Source: Eledone cirrhosa (lineage: Eukaryota). Taken from it: DNA of 64,000 nucleotides. Shown here one piece after another: positions 13,701 to 28,145 of this stretch. The position numbers were made by a program, and so were the translations under genes. The DNA lies in contig OZ024741.1 of NCBI GenBank assembly GCA_964016885.1, positions 287,246,001-287,310,000 on the forward strand, read 5' to 3'. Below the pieces are notes generated by a model. That model made no database searches, had not been told where the DNA came from, and saw nothing but the letters and a program-made list of their open reading frames with translations. Each line of letters opens with the position of its first letter. Position 1 is the first letter of the stretch.

Positions 13701-14619
13701 GTCGATTTGTCAGTTTTTTTGCCTGTTAAAGTAAATGACACGAGAATGAAATTATGTTGGCTAAGGATCCAAAGAAATATATATTTACACCTTACTAGTA
13801 TGTGTATGTATCTGTAACTCCTGGTGAAATCGTAGGGGTGTCGTACCACCATTCCCCCTACTCTGCACATGAGGCATGTAACCACATATCCACTCAGAAA
13901 TATTTCATGATAATATTATCTTCTGATATTTTATTATATCGGTTGTTGTGTTTTTTTCTTTTTTCTTTTAAGGGGGGGGGGGGGGGGGCGTGCTGAGCGG
14001 AGCAGCTATGTTGATAGTATAGTGTCTGTATTGTTAATTTTCCCTCTGGTGTGTCTATTTGTGTTTGTTTGCGAGTGTATATGTTTGACTCTATGCTTAT
14101 ATGTGTTTTTGCGTACATGTGTATGTGTGTGCTTGATGTATACCGGTGAATGATGTAAACATCGGAAAAAAAACGAAAGAAAAACAAGAAAACAATAATG
14201 TTTGTTGTGCAGCGTGATACAGACAAACGTTAGTGAGTCTCGTCTTCAGTGATTCAGTGAATTACTGAGTGTCACAAAGAAAACCTGTAACTAATGACAA
14301 TAATGTCAGCCATCAATCGTAAAATAGAAGGAAAAACAAAATGATAATAAATGCTGAATATTTCTTACGTGTGTGATCAACTCCGGCAAGATTTGCAGGA
14401 CAACGAAGAACTGCTATTGTATTTGGTAGGGTTTCTGGCCAACAGGAAACGGTATCCCATTTCATGGAACAATTTCGTAGCTCTAAACCTAAAGATGAAA
14501 AATAAACTATTTTAGTAAATTATTTAAAAGTAAAAGAAAAAAACCATGCTACTACTAAACACCGTTCCCTACAAACACTCACGTATGTATCTATGTAAGT
14601 ATGTAAGTATGTATGTATG

Positions 14620-14650
<31 letters not shown>

Positions 14651-14730
14651 GTATGTAAGTATGTATGTATGTATGTATGTATGTAAGTATGTATGTATGT
14701 ATGTATGTATGTATGTATGTATGTATGTAT

Positions 14731-15133
14731 GACCCCTTAGCCTTTGTCAAGGCAGAATTCTAGGAGAAGGAAAACTCTGATATAACACCTGCAACCCTGA
14801 TGGTATCCAATGATGTTGACTTGTTCTTCTTTTTGGTAAATATCATCTTGGTTAAGAGAGTGGGACTGGCTTTGTGCAGTGCCTTTGCTCACTATAAAAG
14901 CTTCACGGCACAGGCATTGCTTTATATCTGGAGATCTCTCTGCACTTGTCGTCACATGGTACCATGGGACCAGCACTATGTGTCAATAATTGTCACATGT
15001 GTAGTGTTTGTACCAGAGTTTTCAAGTCGCTGGCTGGACTAAAATGTCACACTCGTTCAGCGCATCGGTAGGGGTTCTCCTACATGGATATAAAGTAGTG
15101 GCCGTACTCGAAAACGAGTTGGCAGCCACCATG
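14731..15133 (+). mobile_element. RTE-derived short element
   Basis: Near-identical to 17890-18290 (-); flanked by (TGTA)n. Confidence 0.8.
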
Positions 15134-15154
15134 TATGTATGTATGTATGTATGT

Positions 15155-15530
15155 CAGGGTGCTTGTGAGTGCTATTGGTAACATGTAACCCAGGAGAACA
15201 TATCATTTGGTCGGGTCGTCGGTGACTAAACCACCAACCCCAACAAGTTTATTTGGTGAGGAGAGTGATTTTGACACCCTGCAGGACAAAAAACAAAACC
15301 TGACAAAGGGCGGAAGAACTCATAAGAGTCAACGGCCATCCAAAAATGTGTAAATATGTATATATATGTATGTATGTGTATGTATATATATATATATGTA
15401 TATGTATATACATGTATGCATGTGTATGTATACGTGTGGGGACATAGAAATAATCGCGCGGTTAAACCACTGGGAGTGAAGGAGCCCTAGCCTTTGTCAG
15501 GACATTCTTCTAGGAGAGGACTAACTCGAA
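15155..15530 (+). mobile_element. RTE-derived element, 5' part with pseudoknot motif
   Basis: Homologous to 18300-18496 (-), 57334-57480 and 62635-62880. Confidence 0.7.
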
Positions 15531-16305
15531 GATAAAACCCGCTGCTCTACTCAGCTGGGCATCTCACAATTTGTTTGTCTCTAGCCTCCTTGATATTGTT
15601 AGTTAGTGTCGTTGTGATGTTGTACAAGCCACATTCGACTTAAAACTTTTGCACAGACATTGCTGATACTTATCACTTAGTATTTTGTGTTCTTGCCTTT
15701 TGAAGTCCAATGGCGACAAGAAGGTGGTGACGGATACAGGCCTGACGGACTGGATGTACGCAGCTTCTGACCCGCATAAAGTGGCCCTTGGTAGTTACAA
15801 TCTTACTAGTTCATCAATTTTGGGCAGAGATGACTTTCGGTTGCTCCAAGGGTGACTAGGCAGCACTTTTAGGGATAGCACTGCTTACCAGTAAATCTGG
15901 AAGTGTCTAGAAAAGGTGATCCAAATATTGCCCGATTCATTAATCCTCCTGGTCAATTTAACGCGGCTGGCGGGTGTCCACTGAGTGCGCGAAACAACAA
16001 AATGCCTAAAAGATTCAGTATAAAACTAAATATATTCTGTTAAAATGTGAGGATGCTCATTGAAAATTCTCTACATATACTCTGCATACTCAAGTGTTGG
16101 TAATTAACCAACACATATTCGAATTGATATATATATATGTGTGTGTAATTATGCATACGTACACACATATATACACATACATACGTACGTATGGGTTATA
16201 TTAATAATAATATTCGATTTGTTTGTAAAGAAACGGCCCGATTAAAGCTGTGCCGTGCCGATGACAAAAATCATCATCCGTTTGTTCAAGACTGGCATTG
16301 AGGAA

Positions 16306-16346
16306 CAATCAACATGTTTCTGGGTCATTACCCTTCATCAGGACTG
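16306..16346 (-). ncRNA. Type I hammerhead ribozyme
   Basis: CAGTC-CTGATGA-aGGGTaatgACCCa-GAAA-CATG-TT^GATTG; intact core and palindromic ACATGT stem III. Confidence 0.85.
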
Positions 16347-16420
16347 TATACCTCTGCCAATCTGTTGAACGGTTGAAAATATACAGTATCTTCTGAAGTA
16401 CACATCGGCTGAGTAGCCTC

Positions 16421-16428
16421 ATTTGCAT
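16421..16428 (-). promoter_or_regulatory. Octamer motif ATGCAAAT (candidate snRNA-type distal element)
   Basis: Perfect octamer 80 nt upstream of HHR C3; position conserved in the copies at 48055, 48568 and 53465. Confidence 0.55.
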
Positions 16429-17853
16429 ACCGAGCGAGAAATACAATTATAATTATATATATACATATGTATGTGTGTTTGTTTTGTGTCTTTGTAGTTC
16501 ATGTTTGTATTTATGTTTACCGGTGTAAACCGGTGTCGACCAACGTCTGTTTACGTCAAAACACGCAACTACACGATTTGATACATATAATTTAAAAAAA
16601 AGTAATAAATAGTTTAGAATCAGTCCGAGACTCGATAAAAAAAATTGAATCTGGTGCTCCAACATGTCTATAGTGACACCAATAATTGAATATATATCAT
16701 CTTTAGAGAACGAATACATTGATAACAACCATTATCTTAAAAACTACGTTCTGATAGAGTTACATTTAAATATTCTCTAATGGAATTTATAGCAATAACG
16801 ATTTTCGTTTGATAAGCTTTTTAAGCTTATTATCTGGAAATTGATTTATTTTAAATCAATTGCTCCTATACATGTCTAGATTAATCAAAACGCAATTTTT
16901 TTTATTTAATATCACAATTCTAATGAAGTATGTACGATCGTTTGAGAGACGCGAGGTTGGAAAGAAATAAAGAGATGAGAAAAATTAAATATATATATAT
17001 ACATATATGTGTGTATGTGTATTTCTATGTACGTATGTGTGGGTGTGTATATATATATATATATATATTTGAGAAAAAGATTAATAAATAATGTAGGGAA
17101 ACATTTAAAAAAAGAATTAATGGATATGTGAACTCAAAGCTCAAAATAATAATTAAAAAGAATAAAAGACAGCAACATATTTAAATAGATCTTTTGAAGG
17201 GTAATTTATCTTATGTTCTACTCTCTCGATTATGCCCATCGTCCTCTCGGCTGCAAGTATATAAACAGAAGCACATATACATAAATATATTCGTGCACGC
17301 ACAAATACAAATACAGACATACACACTCACACGCAGACATACGCATACGCACGCATCCACTCACACATGTACACACATACACACACACACATACACATAC
17401 GCACACATGCACGCACACAAGCCAGATATTATGTGCATATATGTAGGTTAGTGGGGGTTATATGAATATATGCGACATCTGTGGATATCTTAAATTGTTC
17501 CATCATCTGAGCTATCCCATTCGTTGTATTAGTATATAGGGTGGTAAGTATTTTACTTTTCACCCGTGAACCTTTGATTTAATCCTCGGTCAATATGAAT
17601 GTGACGAAGTGTGTAACAACTCTTGTTAAACACATCTAGCAACAAGCTCAAATATTAAAAAAAATATGATAATTAATGATATGGAACCTTTTAATTTAAT
17701 AGTTAAAATCGCTCATACAGTATTCAAGAGATATGGGGGTTCAATTCCCTACTGGCGTCTCTGTCTGCTTTTTTTCCGTCTCCCGGGGTAGTTTACCTGA
17801 TTTATTCAACTATTCACTATATTTTGGAAACTCTATTTTCAAATCTTTTATTC

Positions 17854-17888
<35 letters not shown>

Positions 17889-17889
17889 C

Positions 17890-18494
17890 ATGGTGGCTGC
17901 CAACTCGTTTTCGAGTATGGCCACTACTTTATATCCATGTAGGAGAACCCCCACCGATGCGCTGAACGAGTGTGACTTCTTAGTCCAGCCAGCGACTTGA
18001 AAACTCTGGTACAAACACTACACTTGTGACAATTATTGACACAGTGCTGGGCCCATGGTACCATGTGACGAAAAGTGCAGAGAGATCTCCAGATATAAAG
18101 CAATGCCTGTGTCGTGAAGCTTATATAGTGAGCAAAGGCAATGCACAAAGCCAGTCCCACTCTCTTAACCAAGATGATATTTACCAAAAAGAAGAACAAG
18201 TCAACATCATTGGATACCATCAGAGTTGCAGGTGTTATATCAGAGTTTTCCTTCTCCTAGAATTCTGCCTTGACAAAGGCTAAGGGGTCATCTCTCCCGG
18301 TGATTTTGGATGGCCATTGACTCTTAAGAGCTCTTTGCCCTTTGACAGGTTTTGTTTTTATTCCTGCAGGATGTCCAAAGTCACCCTCCTCACCAAGAAA
18401 CCTTGGTGGGGTTGCCAGTTTAGTCGCCAACGCCCGACCATGAGTCAGGTTGTACTGGGATACATGTTACCAGTAGCACCAACTGGTGACCTGA

Positions 18495-18496
<2 letters not shown>
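17890..18496 (-). mobile_element. Near-complete RTE-derived non-autonomous element (~600 bp; 5'UTR joined to 3' end)
   Basis: Contains both the 5' motif block and the HKCSVCTRVFKSLAGLRSHTRSAH zinc-finger remnant; inserted in (TA)n. Confidence 0.75.
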
Positions 18497-18554
<58 letters not shown>

Positions 18555-18567
18555 TACATACATATAT

Positions 18568-18647
<80 letters not shown>

Positions 18648-18679
18648 CAGGGAAACGACAAAACAGAGATAGAAAAAGT

Positions 18680-18714
<35 letters not shown>

Positions 18715-19359
18715 AACATATATTACATAAAATGATAGGATTTTGGAATATATACATTTAGATTATGAAATTATACTTTTAACAGCATGACATTAGATAA
18801 ATAATATTATTAGAACCGCCTACTCGATTAACGTTTTTCAATTTCATGTTGTGATTCAAAGTATTTAATTTAAATTTATAATATATTATAGTACCTTATC
18901 TCTTTACATAAGTATTATATTATTTATACTCTAGAGTCGTTTCAGTTATAAATATAGAGGAATTTCACTGTGATACTGGATTATGATTGTTAGAGGTCGT
19001 TACCTCATGTGTTGGTTATGTAGCTACTAATATACTTCTGACCCTCAGTGAAAGATGAGTGAAGATATGAAGATATAAAAATGTTAACTATTGCAGCAAG
19101 AGTTTTCAGATTAAATTTCTCTCTTTTCCCTACACTTAAACCACTAAGAATTTCTAGAAAGTGATCTAAATAATTGTTATGGACCATGATGTAATGTTAC
19201 AACCAGCCCTATTAAATTTGGAAAGCATGTCTTCTACTAATTATGAGTAGCTGTCTGCCTTATGGTTATCCAGAAATGAAAACCATACACAGCACTCATC
19301 CTTGTCCGTGGAATCTATGTAGTGTTGAACTTTTATGAGCTATTTTATCTGGTCTAAGT

Positions 19360-19622
19360 CTAAAGTCTGTCTCAAGCCAGAAGGCTCCTTATGCTGTTGC
19401 TTATCCCGGTTTCGTGGCGAGAAGTGACTAAGAGTACAAGACGACAGGACGCCAATCCACCGCAAGATTGCTGGTACTCATTTCCAAATGAGTATGCTGA
19501 AGAAAGGTGAAATGAAGTGTTTTGCTCACGAACACAACACGCAACCCAGCCCAGGAATCAAACCCACGACAATATTATCGTATGTCTAACACTCTTACCC
19601 CTAGGCCACGCGCCTCCACCGG
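19360..19622 (-). mobile_element. tRNA-derived SINE, second family
   Basis: Minus strand ggaggcgcgtggcctaggggtaagagtg...gtgggtttgattcctgg has A-box and B-box-like heads; weaker relatives near 49950-50345. Confidence 0.65.
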
Positions 19623-19911
19623 GGGAACATAGAAATCTGCACTTTAATCTTTTCCATGTTCACTCCAATGAATTTACTATTTAAGTAGCCCAAGCAGACA
19701 CCGTCTTTAATCAATACTTTTATTCTAAGATTTTGACCTGAAAAATTTATTTAGTAGTATGATTTTCCTAATTTCTGGGTTTCCTAATTGCAACGTATAA
19801 AGGCGTATGAAATGTCTTCCAAACCGATAGTATATTTGAAATCGACGTCCCAAATGTAGCCAAGAATAGGTTTATTTTTTAAGACTGTGTACTGGTTAGC
19901 ATTATTGTATT

Positions 19912-20332
19912 CTGGTGAATTGGCAGTATCGGTAGAGTGTCGGACGCCATGCTTTGACGTATAGAGTTACGGCCCTTGCCATTCTGAGTTCAAATCCCGC
20001 CGAGGTTAACTTTGCCTTTCATCCTTATGGGGTCGATAAAATAAAGTACCAGTAATCTACTGGGTAATTGCTGGCCTTGTGCCAAAAGTAGAAACAATTA
20101 TTGTATTCTGGTGGAGATGGTGGATTGGCAGAATTGCTAGAGCGTCGGACATAATACTTTGTGACATTGAGTTACGACACTTTCCTTTCAGAATTCAAAT
20201 CTCGCCGAGATGAACTTTGCCTTTCATCATTCTGTAGTCAATAAAATAATGTACGGGTGAAATAGTGGGGATAACTTTATCGATTGCCTCCGCCGTAAAA
20301 TTGCTGGCCTTGTGCTTAAATTAGAAATCATT
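19912..20332 (+). mobile_element. Two tandem SINE copies
   Basis: Same core as the 4395-5915 cluster. Confidence 0.85.
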
Positions 20333-20750
20333 AGTGTAATTAGGCACCTATTATTTTTTACAGTGTAAATTAAAAACTAAAGGTATGTACAAGTACAATA
20401 TATGAAGTGAAAGATAAAACATAATGTGTTCAGTAGCCACAAATTTGTTGAAACAATCTTAAATATAAATCAACAAAAACAGTATTACCCGGTTTAATGT
20501 ATGTATTTAACAAACGGGATTGGGAAAGCAGCCGCCTTTCTGTATCGTTAAAACAATATTACCAGGAGCACAGTTAAAACAATTCTAATAGAACAGCTTG
20601 GTGTAAATTACACATTATTCTGCATGTCATTCTTATTACTACTAATAATAATAATTATTATTATATATATATATATATATATATCTTTGTGTGTGGGTGT
20701 ATTATACATGTATATACAATGACAAAGAGGATATATATATATATACACAA

Positions 20751-21128
<378 letters not shown>

Positions 21129-21559
21129 ATTTATATATATATTTATATATATATATATATATATATATGTTTGTGTGTGTGTATGTATACATATATATAT
21201 GTATGTGTATGCATGTATGCATGTATGCATATAGAGATAAATAGAGCAAAAGAGAGTGAAGGGGGAGAGATGAATGAAAAAGTAACCTCGTACAATTACG
21301 GCTCTATAGCTCCGACAAGAAATGTTTTACATGATGAATGTCGTTTGTTATAAATATGTTTCCTCTCTGCAGTAGCTTTAATAGAACTTCATAGAGATAA
21401 AGTCATATTATGGTTATAGAACATAATTCATTTTTGTTGTATTGTTCGAAATTTTCTCATAACTATATGCTCAAGCATGTAAACGTGACCGCAGGCTTGT
21501 CTGTGTGGTTAAGAAGTTTACTCTGCAACTGCGTGGTCTTGAGTTCAATGGTAGGTAAA

Positions 21560-22120
21560 AGCGACGACGTACTTGGAGAGACACTGGACGTCGGCAAATA
21601 CCAGCTGACCACTCTTTTCCGGAGGACTTCTGCTCAGAAATCACTGGGCTGGTATTACTACCGAGAAGCATTGCCAGTTCCAGATAAACTCTACATACAT
21701 GGAATTCCACCAGCTGGGCCTTTCCGAGATGCGCACAAAGCGATGAAGCTGTTATTTACACACTTGTCCAGCTTCTGAACATTTCTGACTTTTATGGCTT
21801 TATGTCGAACACATGTTGTCACTTGTCGGATACATCTGGATCTCAGCTGACACCAACGCGAGGATAGTCCCACCATTTTCTTTTTAACTGGAAAAACAGG
21901 CAATTTTCGTCAGCCTGGGGATTATGGTGAAAGAAGTTGTTTTGTCAATGCATTTGAAAGGGTTGAGGACAGGAACTTTCCTCTTAGGCGTAGTTCTAAT
22001 TAATTTATTCAAGTTTCGCTTGAGTGGGGAAGGTAGTGCTGTCTTCCTACCAGTCTACTTAAAGATGGATGAGAGGGGCGAGCATGCTCTGAGTGAACAG
22101 CCCAGCTTTGAGTATGCGCC
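21560..22120 (+). pseudogene. Tx1/L1-like LINE 3' remnant (zf-RVT region)
   Basis: QKSLGW..YREALPVPDKLYIHG...PRCAQSDEAVI.TLVQ...KEVV...LKGLRT, with frameshifts. Confidence 0.6.
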
Positions 22121-22473
22121 TGTAAATTGGCTCTTACTCTAGCAATCAGTGTGTCTGTGGCCTTTTGTGGACTTTTTCCACGACCAACTTTCAGGGATCT
22201 TCCCACTATTGAGTAATCTTTCTTCGATTGAATTTTTTTGATCACTGTTTTTTTGTTATCATTTATTACATTCATGCCATCCCTGTTGTTGCTATTTAGG
22301 AAATCATTACACATATATAGTATGGGTATAATGATAACTGCCATAAAACTCACTACCTAATTGTTGTTTCAATGAGTGTATGAGCTATAGCAGGTAGTCT
22401 CTAAAATAAATTCCTTCACGTCCATAACCGATCTAGCTATATGTCTGTCTGTTTCTCTCTCTCTCTCTCTCTC

Positions 22474-22576
<103 letters not shown>

Positions 22577-22717
22577 ATAATAAGGGTTGACGTACCCAGC
22601 ATATTTATCAATGCCAGTACCGGTTGTATCTCAGCGCACTCCATGGGCAATGTAGGATTCATTCCCAGAGTATGCACAAAGTTATTTGCTTCAACACAAC
22701 ACACGTAATATATATAT

Positions 22718-23096
22718 ATGAATGTATGTATAGTATATTTGGCAATATACCGTATGCATAATTAAAAACATTTTGAAGACCATACGCTATCAGTTTTAAA
22801 GTAGTGACTATGTCACTTACTTCTTTTCTTCGGCGAAACTGTCTGTTTCACGTTGTGGCGATCATCAGAGCAACGTACTCCCCGCTTTCGCCGAAGATTA
22901 TAGAAGCTGGATTCTTATAGAATTCCAGTAATAATCAGGAGCTGATTATACAGAGCGATTGCCGCTCCAGCAAAAATTAGGTATTAGGATTGGTGCTCTG
23001 AAATAGTCACTACTTTAAAACTGATAGCATATGGTCTTCAAAAGGTTTTTAATTAAGCATACGGTATATTGCCAAATATACTATACATACATTCAT
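22718..23096. repeat. ~94-bp inverted repeat with ~190-bp spacer
   Basis: 22718-22811 is the reverse complement of 23003-23096 with a few mismatches. Confidence 0.85.
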
Positions 23097-23764
23097 GTAT
23101 ACATCGCTATTTCAGAGCACGATGACATGTTTACATGTGCCGTGGTGGCCTCTCTATCCGCAATCTTTATGGCACGTTTTTACCACCGTCGTAAAAAAAA
23201 CCTTCTGGATTATCTCCCTTTCCCTTCTCCTCCCTTTTGGTTGCCCGTGTCTCTCTCTCACTTTCTCCTTTCTATACGAGAGGCAGCACGGTTATACCAG
23301 CTCTGAGTCGTAGCTGACCACCAGGCTTAAAGTCTCCCAGGTTGGCCACAACTTAATTTCCCTATTTTTCCACGGTTACTTTTTTGCGTGTTTCTTTCAC
23401 CTGTGTCTTCCCACGATGGAATCTGTACACTTTTTTCTTCCATTCGTTTCCTATTTTCCCTCTCGCCCTCTCTCCTCATCTTTCCTCCTGTTTTTCCTCC
23501 TTTCCCAATCTTTTTTTTTCTCTCTCATTTTGTTCTCTCTTTTTCTCTCCCCTTTTCCACCTGGCCTTTTGATTAATAAAAGGCCTCGGGCGCACCCGAA
23601 CTACACCGAAGTCCTGTAATTCAGCGCCGAAACATCGGTTCGGGATACATTTACAGCTGACGATGGAAACTCCTTTCTTCCTTTCTCCTCCTGCTCCGTC
23701 CTAACCACCACCCTAAACCTTGTTTTTAGTAACCACACAACTCCTTTCGTTTCATAACTTTTTG

Positions 23765-23828
<64 letters not shown>

Positions 23829-23962
23829 CAAGAGAGCGAGTGAGAGAGAGAAATATAGAGAGAGAGATTGCATGTACGTATGTATGTGTGTGTATATATA
23901 TATATAAATATATAACTGTACCAAGGATTTCACACATTTTCCAATATATATATATGTATATA

Positions 23963-24065
<103 letters not shown>

Positions 24066-24207
24066 TATGTACGTATGTATGTGTGTGTATATATATAAAC
24101 ATATAGTCAGCATCAGTCAAAATGCAATAAAAAACAAGACAGAGAACACAGTGTAATCAATGTCATTAGTTGAACGCTTATATGAAAAACGGCTATATCT
24201 CTCTATC

Positions 24208-24325
<118 letters not shown>

Positions 24326-24328
24326 CTC

Positions 24329-24363
<35 letters not shown>

Positions 24364-24440
24364 CTCTTTCTGTCTCTCTCTCTCTTTCTCGCTTTCTCTA
24401 TCTCTCTCCCTCTCTCTTTCTCTCTCTCTCCCCCTCTCTT

Positions 24441-24475
<35 letters not shown>

Positions 24476-24484
24476 GTATATATA

Positions 24485-24748
24485 ACGGCGATGAATTAGT
24501 TTTGCGAGGTTTTTTATATGAAATCGTGTGTCGAAACAAATATTGTTATACTTGGGGAGGGTCATATTTGTGTAATATTGCCAGAATTAATAACAGAACA
24601 CACTCACTGTTTGGCAACAGTGAGGACCGAATAAATTAGATTACCGATATAAAAGACACAGAAGCGAAAAGCGAAAACCAACCAAACAGTGAGTGTGTTC
24701 TGTTATTAATTCTGGCAATATTACACAAATATGACCCTCCCCAAGTAT

Positions 24749-24755
<7 letters not shown>
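24485..24755. mobile_element. Short fold-back copy of the 2371-3358 PLE family without ORF
   Basis: Same tail (cggcgatgaattagttt...) and same arm end (aagtataacaatat), both in (TA)n. Confidence 0.85.
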
Positions 24756-24789
<34 letters not shown>

Positions 24790-24792
<3 letters not shown>

Positions 24793-27700
24793 TTATTAAA
24801 ATAACAGATTAAAGTTTAAGCAAAGAATCGCTGCTTTCACCCTTAACGGGATCTTCTGAAACTAACAAAGTCAATCTGTGAACGCAAAAAGAATATTTCA
24901 AAAAACGTTGCAACCGGAGGAAGACAGGAAGACGATACTTTGGTTCGTGGAAACGTTCCCTGGCAAAGAACGGGAAAAAACGAATATATACGTCATTATT
25001 CGGAGCGGTGAAAAACAATTACACGCAAAGACAGAACCACGTTTATGGTATAAAAGAAGTCGTAGACTAATGTTCTCTTAGGTGGTTCATAGAGACGTTC
25101 TCTGGCAATGAACGGAAAAAACGAAGATAATACGTCATATGTGGATCGGGGAGAACAATTGCACGCAAAGACAAAACCAGGTAAGGGGTATAACTGAAGT
25201 CGTAGACTAAAATTCTAACTAGGAAACCGAATGATTCTCGACTTCAGAGTTAAGAATAAAATAAATAAAATACAGAGGTAAATGAAATTAAATAAATACA
25301 TACACGCATCCATATACGTACATACACAAGCATATGCGAAAACACTCGCCATAGGTATACAAATACACGCACGTACACACAAAAAAAAACAAAAAAAAAA
25401 CAACGCACACACATACCGAACCCACGCAACGCCTGTACCCGCACGCATACGAATGTATACACCAAATACACATAAAAATATATATAAAAATAAAATATAT
25501 ATATGTGTGTGTGTTTGTGCGTGTATACATATAATTAAATAAACGTATATAAATAAATAAATACGTATATAACAAGCGCACACACAAACCTACATGTAAA
25601 TTCACTTGACATGTAAATTCACTTGACGTACGTCAACCAAAACTCGAAGTACACATATACACACACCCTACATACGTACGAACCCGCATACTCACACAGA
25701 CGCAAAACTCACGTATACACATAACCAAAAGCATATGTACCAGAACAATTAATATATACGCCATAACATATACAATCAAATATACGTACGAGAAAGTATA
25801 CGTAACTTCACAAAACATACAGGTAATATATACTTACCTATACAAATAAATAATGGTATAAACATAACATATACTTAGCTACCACATCAAGACGTAAAAT
25901 ATCCGCGTATAGTTCGTACTATCTGTTAGGGTATAATGTGGGGCTGTAATACAGGAAAGTTTTGTGCAATTTATGTTTACAAGCCGAAAATGCCTCAGAT
26001 TTTTTGTTTAAGATGTGGTCTTTGGCGTAGAGTATTTCCAGGGCCTCAGCGGCACTGAGGTCACATGGTCTTTTATTTCCGTTATACGATCTAGCCCTAG
26101 CTAGGATCTCCCAGTGTAACTTATATTGGGTGTGGTTGTCTTTTAGACTCCAGATATAAGCTGAAAGTGACGTCATATTCCTTCTTAAAGGGTAACGAAA
26201 AGAATGGGTATGCATGTAAAGACGCTGCTTGAATCTATTGGCGGTTAACCATATGTAGGCCCTACGGGACGTGGCTGTTTCAACCTTACATTTGTAGACA
26301 ATGTTACTAGAGAAGCATTTCCCGGATAGGGGGCAGTCAACCGGATTCCTACAATTACAGTGAGTACTAACTACAGGGTTGCACGTGTTCCTACGGCTAG
26401 GTAGTTTAGCTAAATTTGAAGCTGTGATGTTATGTGCAAGGTTAGGAGTCGTAGAGTAAGAAATTTTAATAGTATTTCTATTAAAAATGTTACTATATTT
26501 ATGTGTAGGGGAAAATAATTCATAATAAAGGAGAGAAAGATCTTAGCTAATGGTGTGGCCACCTCCATATTATATGGTGGGTTATACCATATAATGCATC
26601 GGGATCTATTTCTTCTAGGTCTATTCTCGTACTCTGTATATGCTACCTTATTGACAAATCCACTCCGAGCAAGAGCTTCATTGTAATATGTGGAATGGTC
26701 GTTGAAAATATGCTCGTTAGTAGATAGACGGGAAAGCCTCAAAGAAACGTTACTTACCAGGTTCTTGGTTATGCTGGCAGGATGGTTACAATGCTTACTT
26801 ATGTAATTAAGCGTATCATTCGGCTTTCTATACGGGTAATGTAAGCCATTCGATAAATTGAGGGTAACGTCGAGGTAATTAACGACCGAGAGATTGGCCT
26901 CAACCTGTATGGAGAGGGCCGCTCTTAGTCATGGTCAAAAGACCATCATCACGGTACAAACCACCGCCCACGTTGGGGAATTCTTCTTTGATAGAGAAAA
27001 GAAGGAAAAGGCCGATAAGATCAGTAACCTCCGCAGAATCACTGGCGCCCATACTCACGTCGAATTGGGTACTATTAGATTTTTTAATCCAAATAGAGTC
27101 GTCGAAATTAATCACCGACTTACGGGCATTGAGGATGACATCAACTTCGAAGTCCTTATCCACTGTGAGTGTTTTAGCGAAATTGATAGCTCTAAGGAGA
27201 AGTGGTAAAGTGATGGAGGAGTAGTAATTATTGATGTCGAATTGGATAAAACGGCAATCTTCCTTGTTGCATATGCTGTTGAACCAATCAATCACCGCGA
27301 AAGAATTGTTCCACAGTACAAGAGGAGCCAAACATCTAATTTCAGGTATAATTCTATCAAGAATCCTTTTACTAAGTCTACCTAAATCGGACTTCGTAGG
27401 GTTAATAAGCCGAATAGAGGGGTTGTTCGGAAAATGGTTTTTGTGATCCTTCAGGGTAAAGTGGGGAGAAATAGGGTCCAGAGGTTCAGTGCGGTCCAGG
27501 ATGTTGAGCTCAGAGGTAATTTTAAACCCAGCTTCGTTGATTTCATTGATGACGCACCGATTAGTTTTACGGTAATCCTTAGTTACAGCATTATGTAGCA
27601 GTTGATGGTAAGTACTGAGCTCCACTTGATATAGATTGCCGGTTTTGTCGGAATGGACGTGCACGTCATTAGAATCCTTAATAGAACGAATTCTATTCTT

Positions 27701-28145
27701 CAGGTCCTGCTGGAAGGAATTGCTCCTATTCCGAAATTTGATACTCCGTATGAGTTCCAAGACATCATTTTCGAAGAGTAGCAATGCTGGGTTACTCGGA
27801 GGGTTATTATAGGTTTTAAACCCAAATTTATCCTGTTTGTTGTCTGCTTTTCCCTGATTATCGAAATAAAAGCACGCCAATGCAACCTTTTAATGAACGC
27901 GTCTGTTTTCTCTATCAGGAGTTTTAGGTATGTTTTCCTGCTTGGTACAGGTATGTTCTTTGTAGAAATATTCAGATGTTGTTTCTGCATGATGAATATA
28001 AGTCAATAGAGTGCTCAACCGAGGGAGCCAAATAGTAGGGATGCCCTTCGAGGAGAAAATGTGTAAACTTTACATGGTGTTCCAGGTGAGCGCTTGACTA
28101 AGTTAGGAGCCCGGTTTTAACGCGAGTTTTTAACTCCGATTTTTC

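Larger units (their letters stand above)
16190..16440 (-). mobile_element. Divergent member of the octamer plus HHR retrozyme-like family
   Basis: Colinear similarity to 48555-48800: CTCRCTCGRTATGCAAATNAGGCTRCTCAGCC, CGTTCAAC, TGGCAGA..GGTATAC, HHR, TTGAACAAA, TTTACAAACAAA. Confidence 0.75.

Noticed and set aside
22835-22875. Minus-strand CTGATGA...GAAAC
   Set aside because: Stem II and stem I pairings are unconvincing; at most a decayed motif.
23595-23675. CCGAAACATCGG and CTGACGA in a pyrimidine-rich PLE-like 3' end
   Set aside because: Could not fold into a consistent hammerhead topology.
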